Source of the DNA: Eledone cirrhosa
Lineage: Eukaryota
Reading direction: 5' to 3'
DNA: 64,000 bases
NCBI GenBank assembly: GCA_964016885.1
Contig: OZ024757.1
Span: 31,372,001 to 31,436,000, forward strand
The position numbers and the translations under genes are program-made. Positions 36,481 to 50,449 of the stretch are shown piece after piece. Every line of letters starts with the position of its first letter. Within the stretch, counting starts at the first letter, position 1. The notes beneath the pieces are model-generated. The model was not told the DNA's origin. It worked only from the letters and a program-made list of their open reading frames with translations, and did no database searches.

Positions 36481-37486
36481 CAATGTAATGAATACTAGGA
36501 GGCACACTTAAAGACTATATATCACATAGCTGCAGTGGTGTATATGAGAGAATTATTTCAACAGAGACGAGATTATTCCATCTTCCCTATTGGAATTGGA
36601 GAATTGGAATAAATCTTTGAAAGAAGTTCATTATTTTCCTTCTGATATGGAAGGAAGCCACTTAATACTGAGCGGCAGCTATACTGACTTCCATTGTCAG
36701 AGCTGGTTGGTATATGACTTGGTGTTCTAGTTGGACGTGTTATTATTGATTTGTGGATTGGCAGTATCGGTAGAGGGTTTGGACGCCATGTTTTGACGCA
36801 TAGAGTTACTGCCATTGCTATTCTGAGTTCAAATCCCGCCGTGGTTAGCTTTGCCTTTCATCCTTACGGAGGTCGATAAAATAAAGTACCAGTAATGTAC
36901 TGGGGTAATTGTTGCTGGCCTTGTGCCAAAATGTAGAAACAATTATTGATTAATATAACTGGTGGTGGTGGTGGTGGTGGTAGAGACTGTGGTGACTATT
37001 CGTGGTGTTGGTGACTATGATGGTGGTGGTGGTGACTATGGGTGGTGGTGGTGACTGATGGTGGTGATTGTGGTGGTGGCTGTGGTGACTATGATGGTGG
37101 TGGTGGTGGTGACTGTGGTGACTTTGGGTGGTGGTGGTGGTGACTGGTGGTGGTGGTGTTGGTGCTGGTGACTGGTGGTGACTATGATGGTGGTGGTGGT
37201 GGTGATTGTAGAGGTTGCGGTGGTAGTGGTGTCGCTGTTGGGACAGGCATTTGTGGTAGTAGTGGTAGTAGTGGTAGTGGTGGTAGTAGTGGTAGTGGTG
37301 GTAGTGGTGGTGGTGGTGAGGCGTTTGTCGTCTTATGCTGAGTAGTTAGCTTAACCCTATCGTTACTACGGTAACCATATTTCTAATGATAGACACGAAC
37401 TAATAATTTTCAAATCATTTTGAAAATCATCAGAAATTTGAAGAAATCTAGAGATGATATAACTACTATTAAGCTAATGTTTAGAA

Positions 37487-37954
37487 CAGGTATGGGAAGC
37501 TCTTTTCCAGCAGTGGGCCGCTTAAGATATAGTCCATCATGATGTGGGCCGCATAAGATGTAGTTCATCATGATGTGGGCCGCATAAGATGTGGCTCATA
37601 ATTTGGGCCGCATAAGATGTGGTTCATCATGATGTGGGCCGCATAAGATGTAGTTCATCATGATGTGGGCCGCATAAGATGTGGCTCATAATTTGGGCCG
37701 CATAAGATGTGGTTCATCATGATGTGGGCCGCATAAGATGTAGTTCATTATGATGTGGGCCGCAGAAGATGTAGGTCATCATAATTTGGGCCGCATAAGA
37801 TGTGGCTCATCATAATTTGGGCCGCATAAGATGTGGTTCATCATAAGGCGGGCTGCAATACTAAAAAGTTCAGGTCAATTTAGAAATTAGGCTTGCCATT
37901 CAGTACGCCAAACGGGTCGCATGCGGCCCGCGAACCGCAGTTTTCCCATGACTG
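37487..37954. mobile_element. hAT MITE with ~28-32-bp GGGCCGCATAAGATGT array (partial duplicate 34330-34760)
   Basis: Ends CAGGTATGGGAA / TTCCCATGACTG, with GCGGCCCGCG subterminal motif. Confidence 0.7.
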
Positions 37955-38039
37955 GCTTAGTGCATAATTTTGCGCCCTTTTTTTCCATATCTCTAATAAT
38001 TTTCAAACATTTTGAAAATCATCTGAAATTTAGAGGGAT

Positions 38040-39205
38040 TTAGCAAGGGGTGGAATGTCACCTGGGCCTTTAAGAACACTTGGTCTATATATATTGAACA
38101 AGGGTAGGTATTCGAAAGGGATGAATGCAACCTGTCCTTTAACAACCCTTGGACCATATATATTAAATAAGGGCAGGGATTCCAATGGGATGAATGTCAC
38201 CTAGATATTTAAAAGCCCCTGGACTATATATATATTGATCGACGCTAGGGATTGCAAGAGGATGAATGTGATCTGGGATCACGTAGGAAGGGTTGGGATT
38301 TGGGTCTTTAAAAACAAGAGAAGGGATTACATGGGGATGGATGTAATTTTGGCCTTTAAGAACCCTGCACTATATAGCGTATTTCCCGGCGCCGAAGACG
38401 TTTCGTCCTCGAGGACGCGCCCTAATTTTAACAACCAAAAATTTGAAAAAAAATAATAAACAACCTACAACCTCCAGGACGCATGGTAGATTTTTGAGAC
38501 TTATTTTAGGGGAAAAGTAGCGTCTCCGACGCCGGGAAATGCGGTAGTTTGTACAAGAGAAGGCGGTTACAAGGTAGGGAACGTGACCTAGGTTTTTACG
38601 AACCCTTGGAGAATATACATTGTACGTGTGGAAACTGATCTGGGATCACGAGGGAAGGAATTTGACCTGGGTTTTAAGAACCCTTAGATCATATACATTG
38701 ATCAAGAGAAGGGATTGCAAGGGGATAATATGATCTGAGATCACGAGTGAAGGAAAGGGATCTTTAAAAATCCTTGGTCTATATGCATTAAACAAGAGAA
38801 GGGATTGCAAGGAGGTAATATGATCTGAGATCAGGAGGCAAAGAATAGGATGTGGGTCTTCGAAAATTCCTAGACTATATACATTAAACAAGAGAAGGGA
38901 TTGCAAGAGGATACAATGATATGAGATCAGGAGGCAAAGAATGAGATCTGGGCCTTTGAGAATCCCTGGACTATATAGTTTGAACAAGAGTAGGGATTCC
39001 AAAGGGATGAAAGTGATCTGTGCTTTTAAGGACCCTTGGAGTATATTTTATGTCGTCAAGTATGAAATTTGTAGAAATTTGTTTTATTTTCTACAAACGT
39101 CATAGTTGACGGCCTTCATACTTGACATTGAACAAAAGTAAGGGTTGCAACGCAATGACTGTGATCTGGGATCACATGAGAACAAATTTGACCTGGGTCT
39201 TCAAG
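38040..39205. repeat. Old diverged tandem repeat (~60-90 bp units)
   Basis: Recurrent AACAAG(A/G)G(A/T)AGGGATT..GATCTG..CCCTTGGACTATATA. Confidence 0.75.
38377..38544. mobile_element. Tc1/mariner-pogo type MITE
   Basis: TA|GCGTATTTCCCGGCGCCGAAGACG ... CGTCTCCGACGCCGGGAAATGCGG|TA. Confidence 0.8.
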
Positions 39206-39532
39206 AACAACTGCTAGGGACATATATATGGAATAGTTATTTTCCTTTGATGTTGTTTCAAGAATTCTTGAAGTAAATGTTTCAATTCTATTGGTCAGGT
39301 TTCAATCCATTTCAAAAGAGAGTTTAGTGATAGTCAAAGGATTATTTGAAGACAATCGGATCTGATTAACCATTTCCGACTCTCGTTTCTCTAAACCGCC
39401 CATCATCACTGTCTCCTATCTATTTCCTTTTAAGACACGCACGCGTTCTTTCTCTTCTCCATTCCTCTCTTTCTAACTCGCTCTTTTTTGTCTTCTTCTT
39501 TCGATCTCTCTCTCTCTCTCACTCTCTGTCTG

Positions 39533-39593
<61 letters not shown>

Positions 39594-40497
39594 GTCTCTC
39601 TCTCTCGTTCTTTCTTTCTCACTCTCTCGTTCTTTCTTTCTTTCTCTTTCTCTCTCTCTTTTTCTCTCTCACCCACGCACACACACACATATATATATAT
39701 ATATACACACGCACATAGACACATACACACACACACACACACATAGACACACACACACATAGACACATACACACATACACACACACACACATAGACACAT
39801 ACACACATAGACACATACACACACACATAGACACATACACACACACACAGACACACATACACACACACACACATAGACACATACACATACACACACACAT
39901 AGACACATACACGCATACACATACACACATATATATAATAGAAAGTTGTGTGTGTTTATATATACATAGATATATAATTATATATTTATACACACACACT
40001 AGTATGAAAAGTGCGATGTGTGTGTATGTATTCATATATACGTATAGATATATATATATATATATATACGACTTAAAGATATTTACTTATTATTCCACAA
40101 TGCTTCAAGCAAACTTCAATACTCTCTTATATATATATATATATTTATATACGTACGTACGTACGTACGTACACACACATATACACACGTACACACACAC
40201 ACACACACACACATATTAGAATGAAAGGTATGTGTGTATGTATGTGTGTATGTATGTATGTATGTATGTGTGTGTGTATGTATGTGTGTATGTGTATGTA
40301 TGTGTGTATGTATGTTGTGTGTGTGTGTGTGTATGTATGTATGTGTGTACACCTTTTCTTTTACTATAAAAATACAAATAGCTCTACTTCAAACACAGTC
40401 CACAATCACATTCACGGCAGCCATATCTAAACTGACGCCAATCAAAGAAATACCAACGTATGCCTCAATAAACTTTATCCTAACTACTGTGTATGTA

Positions 40498-40530
<33 letters not shown>

Positions 40531-40531
<1 letters not shown>

Positions 40532-40794
40532 AGGCGGGTAAAATTCCCGAGATCCATGGACGAGTTCTCTCCAGCGGTCTCTGTCCCTCATTATCGCTGC
40601 ATGTCCTGCGTCTCCAACAGTGTAGTGGATGGATGCTACACGAGAATGCTGAGGATGGCTCTGAACATTAATCAGTATACACTGAGGTTAGCTGGACATG
40701 CTCACCGACATCCAGAGTTGACATTGCACTCAGTACTCCTTTGGGAGCCCCTACATGGACACACTAGAAGAGGAAGACCAAGGTTAACGTATGT

Positions 40795-40798
<4 letters not shown>
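40531..40798. mobile_element. RTE-type insertion with internal inversion
   Basis: 40531-40620 is the 3' end on the minus strand (as at 25068). 40621-40798 is upstream ORF on the plus strand (GCYTRMLRMALN..LRLAGH..RHPE..LLWEP.HG..RRGRP). Confidence 0.8.
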
Positions 40799-40840
<42 letters not shown>

Positions 40841-40842
<2 letters not shown>

Positions 40843-41097
40843 GTTATTCCGGGTTGAGGTGGAGGTAACCACAGTAAGTAAGGTACTCAATACATTGCAG
40901 AGTATAAAAGTTTTAATATAGATGAGATTCTACTGGACTAGAACTGTTCCATTCTTTAGAAATCATCAGGAATCTGGGTATCAAAAATTAATATAGTATT
41001 TATAGGTCTCTACCATATTTATTTTTTGATACCCAGATTCCTGATGATTTCTAAAGAATGAAACAGTTCTAGTCCTGTAGAATCTCATCTATATTAA

Positions 41098-41103
<6 letters not shown>
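40841..41103. mobile_element. (TA)n-inserted fold-back element with two inverted hammerheads
   Basis: Arms about 40909-40988 and 41022-41101, with TA tracts on both sides. Relatives at 10700-10750, 18665-18805 and 31121-31292. Confidence 0.8.
41035..41085 (+). ncRNA. Type I hammerhead ribozyme motif (family with U-U at stem II base)
   Basis: AGATTC-CTGATGA-T.TTC(TAAA)GAA.T-GAAA-CAG(TTCTAGTC)CTG-TA-GAATCT. Perfect 6-bp stem I, intact core, GUA cleavage triplet. A mutated inverted copy lies at 40925-40975 (-). Confidence 0.75.
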
Positions 41104-41151
<48 letters not shown>

Positions 41152-41219
41152 AATGTGTGTGTTTGTTGGATCTCTGTCGGTTATAACGATGAGTGTTTTA
41201 GTGGTTCGTATCACAGAAA

Positions 41220-41550
41220 AGGCGGCGAATCGGCAAAATCGTTAGAACGTCTGATAGAATGCTTTATGGTATTCGTTTCGGGTATCTTCTCTCTGAGTTC
41301 AAATCCTGTCGAGGTCAACTTCGCCTTTCATCCTTTCGAGGTCGATATAAAAAGTACCAGTCTAGTACTGGGGTCGATTCTTCCTCTATATCTCTTTCTC
41401 ATTTCCTCTCTCTCTCACTTTATAACCTTCTCTGGAAGAAATCTGCTATACTCAGGCCTGGAGAGGAATGGCCTCTGCCAGGCTTAAAATACCCAAGAAA
41501 GGTCTCATGTCAATACGGTGCCCCTACCACTCTATCAGGAGTTGCGGGAC
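41220..41550 (+). mobile_element. SINE with alternative 3' tail followed by (CCATA)n; same tail at 2980-3150 (+) and 17395-17590 (-)
   Basis: SINE head and core, then GAAGAAATCTGCT..CTGGAGAGG..GCCCCTAC..GGACCATAC. Confidence 0.75.
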
Positions 41551-41830
41551 CATACCATACCATACTGTACCATACCGTACCATACTATACCATACCATAT
41601 CATACCATACAATACCATACCATACCATACCGTACCGTACCATACCGTACCATACTATACCATACCATACTATACCATACCATACTATACCATACCATAC
41701 CATACTATACCATACCATACCATACCATACTATACCATACTAGACCATACCATACCATACTATACCATACCATACCATACTATACTATACTATACCATAC
41801 CATACCATACCGTTCCATACCGTACCATTA
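41550..41830. repeat. (CCATA)n pentanucleotide
   Basis: Seen directly; extends the SINE tail. Confidence 0.95.
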
Positions 41831-42271
41831 CGGAGCAACCTGCTCGTGAAATTAGCGTGGAAGTGTTTCAGCATTCCACTACGCGTAGTTCTCAGGAAGA
41901 TTCAGCATCTAAATGGGTTGAGTTTGTGTGTGTATATGTGTGACGTCCGAACGAGTATCCTCTACCTCAAACTATCTCACCCTACGCCAGACATGTCAAA
42001 CTGAGGGTCTCCCGAGGTCACATGGGTCACATATGTGTTGTCTAAGGGCCACACACAACTAATTGTGTCTATTACAACAATTTTTTATTGCATATTACGA
42101 AGGTAAAACATGCTCGCGCTGTAAAAACCTTTGTGCGGGCCGCTGGTGTGCTTGTAAAGAGCCGCTGGTGTGCTTGAAAAGATCCTAAATTAGTGAACTA
42201 AATTCAATGTAAGTAATGACAGGTTGGTCTCTATCTATCTATCTATCTCCCCCCTCTCTCTCTCTCTCTCG

Positions 42272-42344
<73 letters not shown>

Positions 42345-42353
42345 TCCCTCTCT

Positions 42354-42464
42354 AAAATCTGTCAGAAGGGTATGTACGGTTCGGCAACTGGAAAGAGAAG
42401 AGGAATTTAGGACAGCGCCAATGCTAGACGAAGGGACAAGGTCCTCCAAAATCTTCTTCTGCCC

Positions 42465-42495
<31 letters not shown>

Positions 42496-42595
42496 AAATC
42501 TGTCAGAAAGATATGTACGGTTCGGCAACTGGAAAGAGAAGAGGAATTTAGGACGGCTCCTGTGTTAGATGAAGAGATGGGATCCTCCAAAATCG
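42354..42595. repeat. Two-copy ~100-bp direct repeat
   Basis: AAAATCTGTCAGAA..GGTTCGGCAACTGGAAAGAGAAGAGGAATTTAGGAC..TCCTCCAAAATC at 42354 and 42495. Confidence 0.85.
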
Positions 42596-42834
42596 ATGGA
42601 CTAAATTCAATGCAATGAACAAAGGAGCAAAGGTCTGGTTGTCTCTCTCTGTCTCTATAAAATCTGTCTCTATAAAAGATGTATTGGCGAGATTCTGGAA
42701 CTGTCTCAATGTCATTCATAGATAGATTCCAGCTTCAATTACAATTGACAGGAATAAACTGAAGAAATAGATACGATGTTTCCTAGTCTGTTGTAAGTGA
42801 AAAACAAGGATTAAACTAAACTAGGTCGCCATAT

Positions 42835-42952
42835 CTCTCTCTTCTCTATCGCTCTCTATCTCTCTGTCTCTCTTTCTCTCTCTTTCTCTCTTTTTCTCTC
42901 TCTCTTTCTCTATTTCTTTCTCCCCTTCTCTCTCTATATATATGTGTGTATG

Positions 42953-43038
<86 letters not shown>

Positions 43039-43044
43039 CATATG

Positions 43045-43134
<90 letters not shown>

Positions 43135-43143
43135 TATGTATAC

Positions 43144-43183
<40 letters not shown>

Positions 43184-43185
43184 AC

Positions 43186-43225
<40 letters not shown>

Positions 43226-43227
43226 AC

Positions 43228-43265
<38 letters not shown>

Positions 43266-43271
43266 ACATAT

Positions 43272-43344
<73 letters not shown>

Positions 43345-43892
43345 CATATGTATGTATATATATACATATGTATACATATATATATATATGTATACATATG
43401 TATACATATATATATATATGTATACATATGTATACATATATATATATATGTATACATATGTATACATATATATATATGTATACATATGTATACATATATA
43501 TATATATGTATACATATGTATACATATATATATATATGTATACATATGTATATCTATATATATATATGTATACATATGTATACATATATATATATATGTA
43601 TACATATGTATACATATATATATATATGTAACATATGTATATATATATATATATGTATACATATGTATATATATATATCTATATATGTATACATATGTAT
43701 ATATATATATATATGTATACATATGTATATATATATATATATATATATGTAATACATATGTATATATATATATATAATATATATATATGTATACATATCT
43801 ATATAGATATGTATACATATCTATATATATGTATACATATATATATGATATATACATATATATATATATGTATACATATATATGATATATAC

Positions 43893-43924
<32 letters not shown>

Positions 43925-44061
43925 GTATACATATATATATGATATATACATATATATATATATATGTATACTATATATATGATATATACATATATATATA
44001 TATATGTATATACATATATATATATGTATACATATATATATGATATATACATATATATATG

Positions 44062-44098
<37 letters not shown>

Positions 44099-44167
44099 GA
44101 TATATACATATATATATATATATGTATACATATATATATATGAATACATATATATATATATGTATAC

Positions 44168-44209
<42 letters not shown>

Positions 44210-44265
44210 TAAAATAACAGATTATCGAGCCCTCTTTGGATTTTAGTCTTGAAATTTATTATTAT

Positions 44266-44320
<55 letters not shown>

Positions 44321-44736
44321 ATATATATACCATATATATATATATATGTATATATGATATATATATATATATATACCAACACAGTTCCAATAATTGGAAC
44401 AAAAAATTAAATTCCCTGTATTTTTACTGACTCGTTTTCCTTTTCTTGTTCTTCTTCTTGTATCATTTTCTCCACCACCACCACCACTACGGGAATTGTG
44501 TGTGTATGTATGTTTCTTTTTCATTGTTATTGTGTATGTATGTGTGTGTGTGTATGTACATAAATATATATGTGTGTGTGTGTATATATATGTGTGTGTG
44601 TGTACATATGTGTGTGTACATATATATATATATATATATGTGTACATATGTGTGTGTACATATGTGTGTGTACATATGTGTGTGTGTGTACATATATATA
44701 TATATATGTGTGTATGTGTGTGTGTACATATCTATT

Positions 44737-44773
<37 letters not shown>

Positions 44774-45760
44774 AGGTTTCGTTTTTCATTGTTGTGTGTG
44801 CTTTGTACGTTTTTATATGTTTGTGTTTGTAAGTATATGTATATGTGTGTGTGTGTGTTTGTGAGTATGTGTATATGTGTTTGTATGTATGTTTGTATAT
44901 GTTTGTGTGTGTGTACGTATATATGTGTTTGTACGTTTGAATGTATTTGTATGTATGCATTTGTCGATGTACATGTTTGTGTGTTTCCTGCCCTCCCGCC
45001 CCCCCCCCCCTCTCCCCAATATATCGATCTGTGCAATAACCCCTCCTCCCCCCTCACTATATCCTCCCCCACTACCCTCCTACCCCCTCCCACTACCCTC
45101 CTCCTAAAATTTAGAACAACATTCTTGTTGGTATAAATAAATAATTTGTTGGTGCTGTGGTTGTTGGTGTTGGTGTTGTTGTTGCTGTTGTTGTTGTTGT
45201 CGTTGGTGCTGTGGGTTGTTGTTGCTGCTGCTGCTGCTGTTGTTGTTGTTGCTGTTGTTATTGTTGTTGTTGTTGCTGTAGTTGTTGGTTGTTGTTGGTG
45301 CTGTTGCTGCTGCTGCTGTTGTTGTTGTTGGTTGTTTGCTGCTTTAGTGAAAAACTGAATCAATCGAATTGTGATGGAACTTGTAGGTGTTGTTGTTGTT
45401 GTGGTGGTTATTACTGTTATTGTGGTAGTGGTGGTTGTTGTTAGTTATTGTAGTATTATTATTAGTGGTGGTGGTGGTGGTGGTAGTTATAGTAATGGTA
45501 ATGGGTGTGGTGGTAGTAGTGGTGGTAGTAGTAGTGATGGTAGTAGTAGTGGTGGTGGTAGTGGTAGTTATAGAAGTGATGGTGGTGGTGGTAGTGGTAG
45601 TTATAGTAGTAGTAGTAGTAGTGATCGTGATGACAGTGAAGGTGATGATGGTGGTGGTGAAAGTGATAATGGATATGTTGGCAGTGGTGATGGTGATGGT
45701 GGCAGTGATAATGGTAGTGGTGGTGGTAGTAGTAGTAGCAGTAATGGTGATGACGGTGAT
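42835..45760. repeat. (CT)n, (TA)n, (TG)n, (TTG)n, (GGT/AGT)n tracts
   Basis: Seen directly. Confidence 0.9.
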
Positions 45761-45831
45761 GAAGTTCCTGATTATTGCTAGGACAACCTTTATTTATTCT
45801 AATTTCCTCGTTTACGTTTCCTCTATTTCAG

Positions 45832-45967
45832 AGGCAAGAAGAACGACAGCCAAGAACATTTATTCAGTGACAGCAAGAAATTTTCCAAGAAACTGATGAG
45901 ACGCTGGGGAGGAAAAAGCATGTGTAATGAATTTGTCATCATTTTATATTCCAAAGCAGATAATGTT
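45832..45967 (+). CDS. Internal coding exon B of TPM/MOLO-1-like gene (GKKNDSQEHLFSDSKKFSKKLMRRWGGKSMCNEFVIILYSKADNV)
   Basis: Polypyrimidine acceptor tttcctctatttcAG (45830-31) and donor GTAAGT (45968). 136 bp, phase 2 in and phase 0 out. Contains the TPM core F...L..RW.....C...VIILYS..DN. Confidence 0.85.
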
Positions 45968-47550
45968 GTAAGTATAGAGACTGATGAGTCTGTCATAACT
46001 TTATATTCCAGAGCTGATAATGTTGTCAATATACCGTTTGTCATAACTTTATATTCCAGAACTGATAATGTTGTAAATATACAGTTTGTCATAACTTTAT
46101 ATTTCAGAGCTGATAATGTTGTAAATATACAGTTTGTCATAACTTTATATTCCAGAACTGATAATGTTGTAAATATACAGTTTGTCATAACTTTATATTC
46201 AGAGCTGATAATGTTGTAAATATACAGTTTGTCATAACTTTATATTCCAGAACTGATAATGTTGTAAATATACAGTTTGTCATAACTTTATATTCCAGAA
46301 CTGATAATGTTGTAAATATACAGTTTGTCATAACTTTATATTCCAGAACTGATAATGTTGTAAATATACAGTTTGTCATAACTTTATATTTCAGAGCTGA
46401 TAATGTTCTAAATATACAGTTTGTCATAACTTTATATTCCAGAGCTGATAATGTTCTAAATATACAGTTTGTCATAACTTTATATTTCAGAGCTGATAAT
46501 GTTGTAAATATACAGTTTGTCATAACTTTATATTTCAGAGCTGATAATGTTGTAAATATACAGTTTGTCATAACTTTATATTCCAGAACTGATAATGTTG
46601 TAAATATACAGTTTGTCATAACTTTATATTCCAGAGCTGATAATGTTTGTAAATATACAGTTTGTCATAACTTTATATTCCAGAGCTGATAATGTTGTAA
46701 ATATACAGTTTGTCATAACTTTATATTTCAGAGCTGATAATGTTGTAAATATACAGTTTGTCATAACTTTATATTCCAGAACTGATAATGTTGTAAATTT
46801 GCAGTTTGTCATTACATTATATTCCAGCGGTGGATTGGCAGTATCGGTAGAGGGTCGGACACCATGCTTTGCAGCAAAGAGTTTCGGCCCTTTATGGTCT
46901 GAGTTCAAATCCCGCCGAGGTTAACTTTGCCATTCATCCTTATGGGGTCGATAAAATAAAGTACCAGTAATACACTGGGATAATTGCTGGCCTTGTGCCA
47001 AAAGTAGAAACAATTATATTCCAGAGCTGATAATGTTGTAAATATACAGTTTGTTACCACTTTATATTCAAGAGATGATAATGTTGTAAATATAAACACT
47101 GACCAGTTTGTCATCACTCTATATTGTAGAAGTGATAATGTTGTAAATATAAACACTGACCAGTTTGTCATCACTCTATATTGTAGAAGTGATAATGTTG
47201 TAAATATAAACACTGACCAGTTTGTCATCACTCTATATTGTAGAAGTGATAATGTTGTAAATATAAACACTGACCAGTTTGTCATCACTCTATATTGTAG
47301 AAGTGATAATGTTGTAAATATACTCACTGACCAGTTTGTCATCACTCTATATTGTAGAAGTGATAATGTTGTAAATATACTCACTGACAAGTTTGTCATC
47401 ACTCTATATTGTAGAAGTGATAATGTTGTAAATATACTCACTGACAAGTTTGTCATCACTCTATATTGTAGAAGTGATAATGTTGTAAATATACTCACTG
47501 ACAAGTTTGTCATCACTCTATATTCCAGAGCTGATAATGTTGTGAATAGA
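45932..47550 (+). repeat. 48/57-bp minisatellite derived from the end of exon B and its donor site
   Basis: Unit TTTGTCATAACTTTATATTCCAGAGCTGATAATGTTGTAAATATACAG; the first unit overlaps exon B. Confidence 0.95.
46827..47012 (+). mobile_element. SINE inserted in the exon-derived minisatellite
   Basis: Full consensus with TSD-like ATTATATTCCA at 46816-46826 and 47013-47023. Confidence 0.9.
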
Positions 47551-47879
47551 CAGACTAATGAAAACGTTCATACAGATAGTGTTTTTGTTGTTAGTGATGT
47601 TGTTGTTTTTTAACCCTTTAGTTACTAATCTGGTTCTATGTAATAAAACCACCCATTTTAAAGGTTTCCAATTTAGATTAAAATCGCCCAACATAATTTT
47701 ATATAAGAACCTTGGTAATCATTATCATAATTTAATGTCTATTTTTCTATGCTAGCATGGGTTAGATGGGTTGTCATGTTATGTGACAAGTCAGGCCTTG
47801 CTCATATGGATCTGTATTTTGGCTTGGTTTCTACAGCTGGATGCCCTTCCTAACACCAACCATGTTACAATGTTGATAG

Positions 47880-48385
47880 TAATAATTGTTTCTAGTTTTA
47901 GCACAAGGACAGCAATTACCCCAGTGTATTACTGGTGCTTTACTTTACTTTATCAATCCTGTAAAGATGAAAGACAAAGTTAACCTCGCCAGGATTTGAA
48001 CTTAGAACGTAAAGGCCCATACCTCTGTGCTGCAAAGCATGGAGTCTTACTGGTACTTTATTTTATTGACCCTGTAAGGATGAAAGGCAAAGTTAACCTC
48101 GGCAGGATTTGAACTTAGAACGTAAAGGGCCATAACTCTATGCTGCAAAGCATGTCTGACGCTCTACCAATACTGCCAACACCACCACCACCACAACATT
48201 ATTACTAGTGTTGATTGTAATAATTGTTTCTATTTTTGGCACAAGGCCAGCAACTACCCCAGTGTATTACTGGTTCTTTATTTTATCGACCCCCGTAAGG
48301 ATGAAAGGCAAAGTTGACCTCGACGGGATTTGAACTCAGATCATAAAGGGACGTAACTTAGTGCTGGAAAGCATGGCGTCCGACC
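47880..48385 (-). mobile_element. Three tandem SINE copies
   Basis: Three GGATTTGAACT(T/C)AG B-boxes with core and tail motifs. Confidence 0.85.
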
Positions 48386-48777
48386 TTATACTGGTTATGG
48401 TTATGGTGGTGGTGGTGGTGGTGTTGGTTGAGGTAGCGGAGGTGTTGGTTGTGATAGTGGTGGTGGTGGTGGAGGAGATGTTAAAGATGAAAGAAGTGGT
48501 GGTGGTGGTGGTGACGATGATGATTGATCAGGAGGAGAATAGGAGGAGGTTTGTGATGAAGAGGTTTATATCAATAATATAAAATCAAATTTGCCCATGT
48601 AATTTTTTTAGAAAAACTTCTATGTATATAAATATAGAATTGTAGAAATTATTTAATGTAAATTTATCTACCCAGTAAATCACACACGTGTGGTTTCACA
48701 CACACACAAACAAACAAATATATGTGTGTACATACATGTGAGTGAGTATGTGTGTGTGAAATTATGATATGTAAATA

Positions 48778-48817
<40 letters not shown>

Positions 48818-48932
48818 TATAAAAACATACATTTATATATACATACATATATATATATATACATACACGCACACACATCTAGCTAGTGCGGGTAAAATTC
48901 CCTATACATATATACATACATATATATATATA

Positions 48933-48980
<48 letters not shown>

Positions 48981-49613
48981 ACATATATATATAGATATAT
49001 ATATATATATATAGATAGTGTATATATATATGTAAATATATATGTAAATATATATGTACACACGCACACATATATATAAATATATACGTGTACACATATA
49101 TATACATATACACACACACACATATACATACACACACACACATACATATACATACACACACACATATCCATACACATACACATACACACCAGGGTAAATT
49201 ATCTCTGAAAATATATTCTATATTATCATCAGAAAATGAAATATTTCTTCATTCACTTCTTATATATTTCGCTATCTTCAACATCGTTAATTACATAAAG
49301 TAACTATTGTATAACATACAATAACAATTTTATAACATACAATAACAATTGTACAACATAAAGTAACACAAATACAGATTATATCTAATCATATTTACAT
49401 ATTTACACAAATTATGCAAATTATATTATTTTCAGTTATTATCTGGTATTGCATTAATTCTGTTTTATTACACACACACACACATATATATATAAATATA
49501 CATTCTACACACATATATACACATATACACTTATATATGTGTGAGTGTATATTATATATATATAAGCGAAAGGGATACACACATATATACACATATACAC
49601 TTATATATGTGTG

Positions 49614-49653
<40 letters not shown>

Positions 49654-49740
49654 CAAAAGGGATATTTAATTTGTTGGTAATTCAACAAATATATATGTTT
49701 ATAACTGATTCGAAGCACTCAACAGATTTCTGGAGTATAA

Positions 49741-50083
49741 TATCAATGATATTAAATAAATGGAAACTATATTTATAAAACCATATTTATTCTATTATAT
49801 GTATTTCAAGGGCGCCAAATCTTTGGTATGCCCTCATCAGATAAAATACAAAGTTTGTTTTATAAATATTAACATAAGCAAGAAAAAATACCTTAACAGT
49901 TCAAGTTTTTCCAGGAAAAACTTGAACCATTAAGATCTCCTCCCTGGATATGTCAATATTTATAAAACAAACTTTGTATTTTATCTGATGAGGGCATACC
50001 AAAGATTTGGCGCCCTTGAAATATATATAATAGAATAAATATGGTTTTATAAATATAGTTTCCATTTATTAATATCATTGATA
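49741..50083. mobile_element. Fold-back element: ~130-bp inverted repeat, each arm carrying a hammerhead-like motif (49789-49847 minus; 49978-50036 plus)
   Basis: Arms about 49741-49870 and 49954-50083 are near-perfect reverse complements. Motif ATTTTAT-CTGATGA-GGGC..CCAAA/TTTGG..GCCC-TT-GAAA-TATATA-TA-ATAGAAT. The spacer holds a 14-bp perfect hairpin (49899-49927). Confidence 0.75.
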
Positions 50084-50097
50084 TATATAGATATATA

Positions 50098-50142
<45 letters not shown>

Positions 50143-50449
50143 ACACATACATACACACACATATACATACACACACATATACACACATACTCATACTTAC
50201 ATGCTACACACATATACACACACACTATATAGAAACTATACATAGTTACACAACACACACCACACACACACACACTACATATACACAACACACACACACA
50301 CCACACAAACACACACATATAACACATACACACTACACACTACACACGTACTTCACAACCGTTCATCAAGTACTCATCCAGTGTTCGGGTATTACTGATT
50401 TGCGGAATGTTGTCAGACAGCCATTGTCCCATGTAGGACAGATCCTGAT

